From Candidatus Omnitrophota bacterium (GTDB lineage: Bacteria; Omnitrophota; Gorgyraeia; Zapsychrales; Zapsychraceae), in contig JANQMA010000017.1 in assembly GCA_028280285.1 (NCBI GenBank), forward strand, positions 64,993-128,992: a DNA stretch of 64,000 nucleotides, given 5' to 3'. This document shows, piece by piece, positions 62,237 to 64,000 of this stretch. How positions within the stretch are numbered: position 1 is the first letter of the stretch; the number at the start of each line of letters is the position of its first letter. The notes under the pieces are model-generated. The model was not told where the DNA came from and made no database searches. It was given only the letters and a program-made list of their open reading frames with translations. Made by a program: the position numbers and the translations under genes.

Positions 62237-63385
62237 ATGTTCCATTCTATTGAAGAGGTTTTAGAAGATTTAAGACAGGGTAAGGTTATTATTGTTATGG
62301 ATGATGAAGGGCGAGAGAATGAAGGGGATTTGCTTTGCGCGGCTGAAAAAATCACACCAGATACGATTAATTTTATGGCCCGTCACGCGCGCGGCCTTAT
62401 TTGTGTACCCATGGAATCTGAGCGCTTGGATGCACTGGATCTCCATCCAATGCGCGTTGAGATGGGGCATAAGCATTTGAAGGATGATACGGCCTGGACC
62501 ATTTCAGTTGATGCATCTAAAGGTGTTACGACCGGTATTTCAGCGGCTGACCGGGCACAAACGGTTAAAACACTCATTGATTCTGAATCCACCCCAAAGG
62601 ATTTTATTACCCCTGGTCATCTTTTTCCACTCCGTGCCAAAAAAGGTGGTGTTTTAGTGCGTGCCGGGCACACAGAGGCCTCGGTTGATCTCACACGTTT
62701 GGCGGGTCTCTATCCCGCTGGTGTTATCTGTGAGATTATGAATGAAGATGGGACCATGGCACGTAATCCGGATCTTAAAAAATTCTCACAAGAACACGAC
62801 ATTAAGATTTGCACCATTGATTCATTGATTGAGTACAGACGGCAATCGGAAAAGTTAGTTAAAAAAATCGAAGAGTCAGAAATTACAACAGAGTTTGGGC
62901 CATTTAAACTGAATGTGTATAAATCTCAAGTGGATAATTCAGAGCACATCGCTTTGGTTAAAGGCGATATTAACAGTGATGAATCGACGCTTGTCCGTGT
63001 ACATGCGCAAAATGCGATTGGCGATACATTCCGTGCAACAAATGGTGGTTCGGGACGCTTACCGGCAGCGCTTAAAGCGATTCAAGAAAATGGGTCGGGA
63101 GTGCTTATCTATATGATGCAGGATAGAGAGGGCGTATCCTTATCTGATCAGGTTGCTGCGCTTAATGCCAAAAAAGAAGCGATCAAGGATGATGGCGTTG
63201 AGATGAATATTGCTTTTTCCTCAGAGCTTCGTCATTATGGGGTAGGCGCACAAATTTTGGTTGATCTAGGGGTCACGCAATTGCGCCTTTTAACCAATAA
63301 TCCACGCAAGATTGTCGGGCTGGATGGTTATGGACTGTCGATATCAGAGCGTGTTGCTCTTGAAGGAGAAAAGGTATCCGCGTAA
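62237..63385 (+). CDS. ribBA: 3,4-dihydroxy-2-butanone-4-phosphate synthase with C-terminal GTP cyclohydrolase II-like domain lacking the zinc-binding cysteines
   Basis: RibB N-half (DDEGRENEGDL.., RAGHTEASVDL); C-half aligns with GCH II but RVHAQNAIGDTFRATNGGSGRL replaces RVHSECLTGD..CDCG. Confidence 0.7.
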   Translation: MFHSIEEVLEDLRQGKVIIVMDDEGRENEGDLLCAAEKITPDTINFMARHARGLICVPMESERLDALDLHPMRVEMGHKHLKDDTAWTISVDASKGVTTGISAADRAQTVKTLIDSESTPKDFITPGHLFPLRAKKGGVLVRAGHTEASVDLTRLAGLYPAGVICEIMNEDGTMARNPDLKKFSQEHDIKICTIDSLIEYRRQSEKLVKKIEESEITTEFGPFKLNVYKSQVDNSEHIALVKGDINSDESTLVRVHAQNAIGDTFRATNGGSGRLPAALKAIQENGSGVLIYMMQDREGVSLSDQVAALNAKKEAIKDDGVEMNIAFSSELRHYGVGAQILVDLGVTQLRLLTNNPRKIVGLDGYGLSISERVALEGEKVSA

Positions 63386-63399
63386 TGTTTAGGTGATCT

Positions 63400-63873
63400 A
63401 TGAAAATTATAGAAGGCCAATTAAAAGCCAAGAACAAGAAGATAGCCATTGTTGTTGCGCGGTTTAATGAGTTTATTACCAAGCGTTTATTAGATGGGTG
63501 CTTGGATGAATTGAAGAAACTTGGTGTGGCCGATAAAAATATAACGATTGTGTGGGTGCCGGGGGCTTTTGAAATTCCTGTGACGGCGGCAAAAATTGCG
63601 GCTAAACCGTATCATGCGGTTATTTGTTTAGGGTGTATTTTAAAAGGTGAAACCGATCATTATGATCTGGTTGCACAAGGGGCAACGCAAGGTATTGCAG
63701 AGGTATCGCTCAAAGCCGGTAAACCGGTTATTTTTGAAGTGCTTGCCTGTGAAACGGTTGAGCTCGCCGATAAGCGTTCTAAACCTAAGGGTAATAACAA
63801 AGGACGCGACGCAGCCCAAGTAGCATTAGAAATGATTGATACTCTTTCTCAGATCAATAAGGATGGGAAATAG
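63400..63873 (+). CDS. ribH: 6,7-dimethyl-8-ribityllumazine synthase
   Basis: IAIVVARFNEFIT..VPGAFEIP..GETDHYDLV..G lumazine synthase signature. Confidence 0.85.
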   Translation: MKIIEGQLKAKNKKIAIVVARFNEFITKRLLDGCLDELKKLGVADKNITIVWVPGAFEIPVTAAKIAAKPYHAVICLGCILKGETDHYDLVAQGATQGIAEVSLKAGKPVIFEVLACETVELADKRSKPKGNNKGRDAAQVALEMIDTLSQINKDGK

Positions 63874-63879
63874 CTAATG

Positions 63880-63949
63880 CCGTACTTCGGACATCGTACT
63901 TAGTACATCGTAGATTCACGACGTACGACGTACGAAAAACGAAGTACGC
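63880..63949. repeat. Dyad repeat of CGTACTT / AAGTACG and GTACGTCG words
   Basis: CCGTACTTCGGACATCGTACTTAGTACATCGTAG ... CGACGTACGACGTACGAAAAACGAAGTACG. Confidence 0.6.
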
Positions 63950-64000
63950 TTTAGAACTTTACTTATAAAATTATGCGCAAAAGGACATTAGCCAGAGAAT

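Noticed and set aside
1655-63949. Intergenic repeats as CRISPR arrays
   Set aside because: No regular direct-repeat/spacer periodicity; the units are inverted (dyad), word-like and differ per locus; no cas genes.

Overview
This 64 kb window is a moderately AT-rich bacterial chromosomal segment with almost every gene on the + strand.

Housekeeping genes: panB, glyQS, ppdK, a compact sigma-70 factor, apt, tRNA-Arg(CCT), rpsO-pnp, ftsK, rodZ, rimO, pgsA-pgpA and ribBA-ribH.

Accessory features:
- A 15.8 kb single ORF (4362..20180) encoding a 5272-aa secreted protein. About twelve copies of a conserved linker repeat (ASLGxE...TDAAGL) punctuate it; the repeat is also conserved at the nucleotide level. 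Three internal Rossmann/methyltransferase-like modules sit in the second half.
- Immediately downstream of the giant gene is a toxin-antitoxin/defence islet (20181..~23150). Its cassettes are separated by two decaying direct copies of the giant gene's last ~38 codons. The first cassette is bounded by perfect 13-bp terminal inverted repeats.
- A second toxin-antitoxin-like pair sits just upstream of the giant gene.
- A cell-surface modification cluster (30418..40284): a TPR-membrane protein, an SDR, a B12-radical SAM protein, a polytopic membrane protein and sulfotransferase-like proteins.
- An outer-membrane beta-barrel gene with a long leader.
- A ParA-type ATPase fused to a glycogen-binding (CBM48/AMPK-beta-like) domain.
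- A 1425-aa cysteine-rich protein carrying a Flp/Tad-type prepilin-like N-terminus and tandem Myxococcus-type cysteine-rich repeats.

A pervasive oddity is that most intergenic spacers carry long imperfect dyad (hairpin) repeats. Each is built from locus-specific short tandem words: GTGATCA, GTGGTCYGTG, GTGATAGAG, GGGTAGG, AGTTGCT, GTACGT.

The lineage cannot be assigned from sequence alone. A giant ORF, a Flp-like surface protein and heavy intergenic hairpins together suggest an uncultivated, possibly Omnitrophota-like or similar, bacterium. No CRISPR array, rRNA or integrase/transposase gene was seen.
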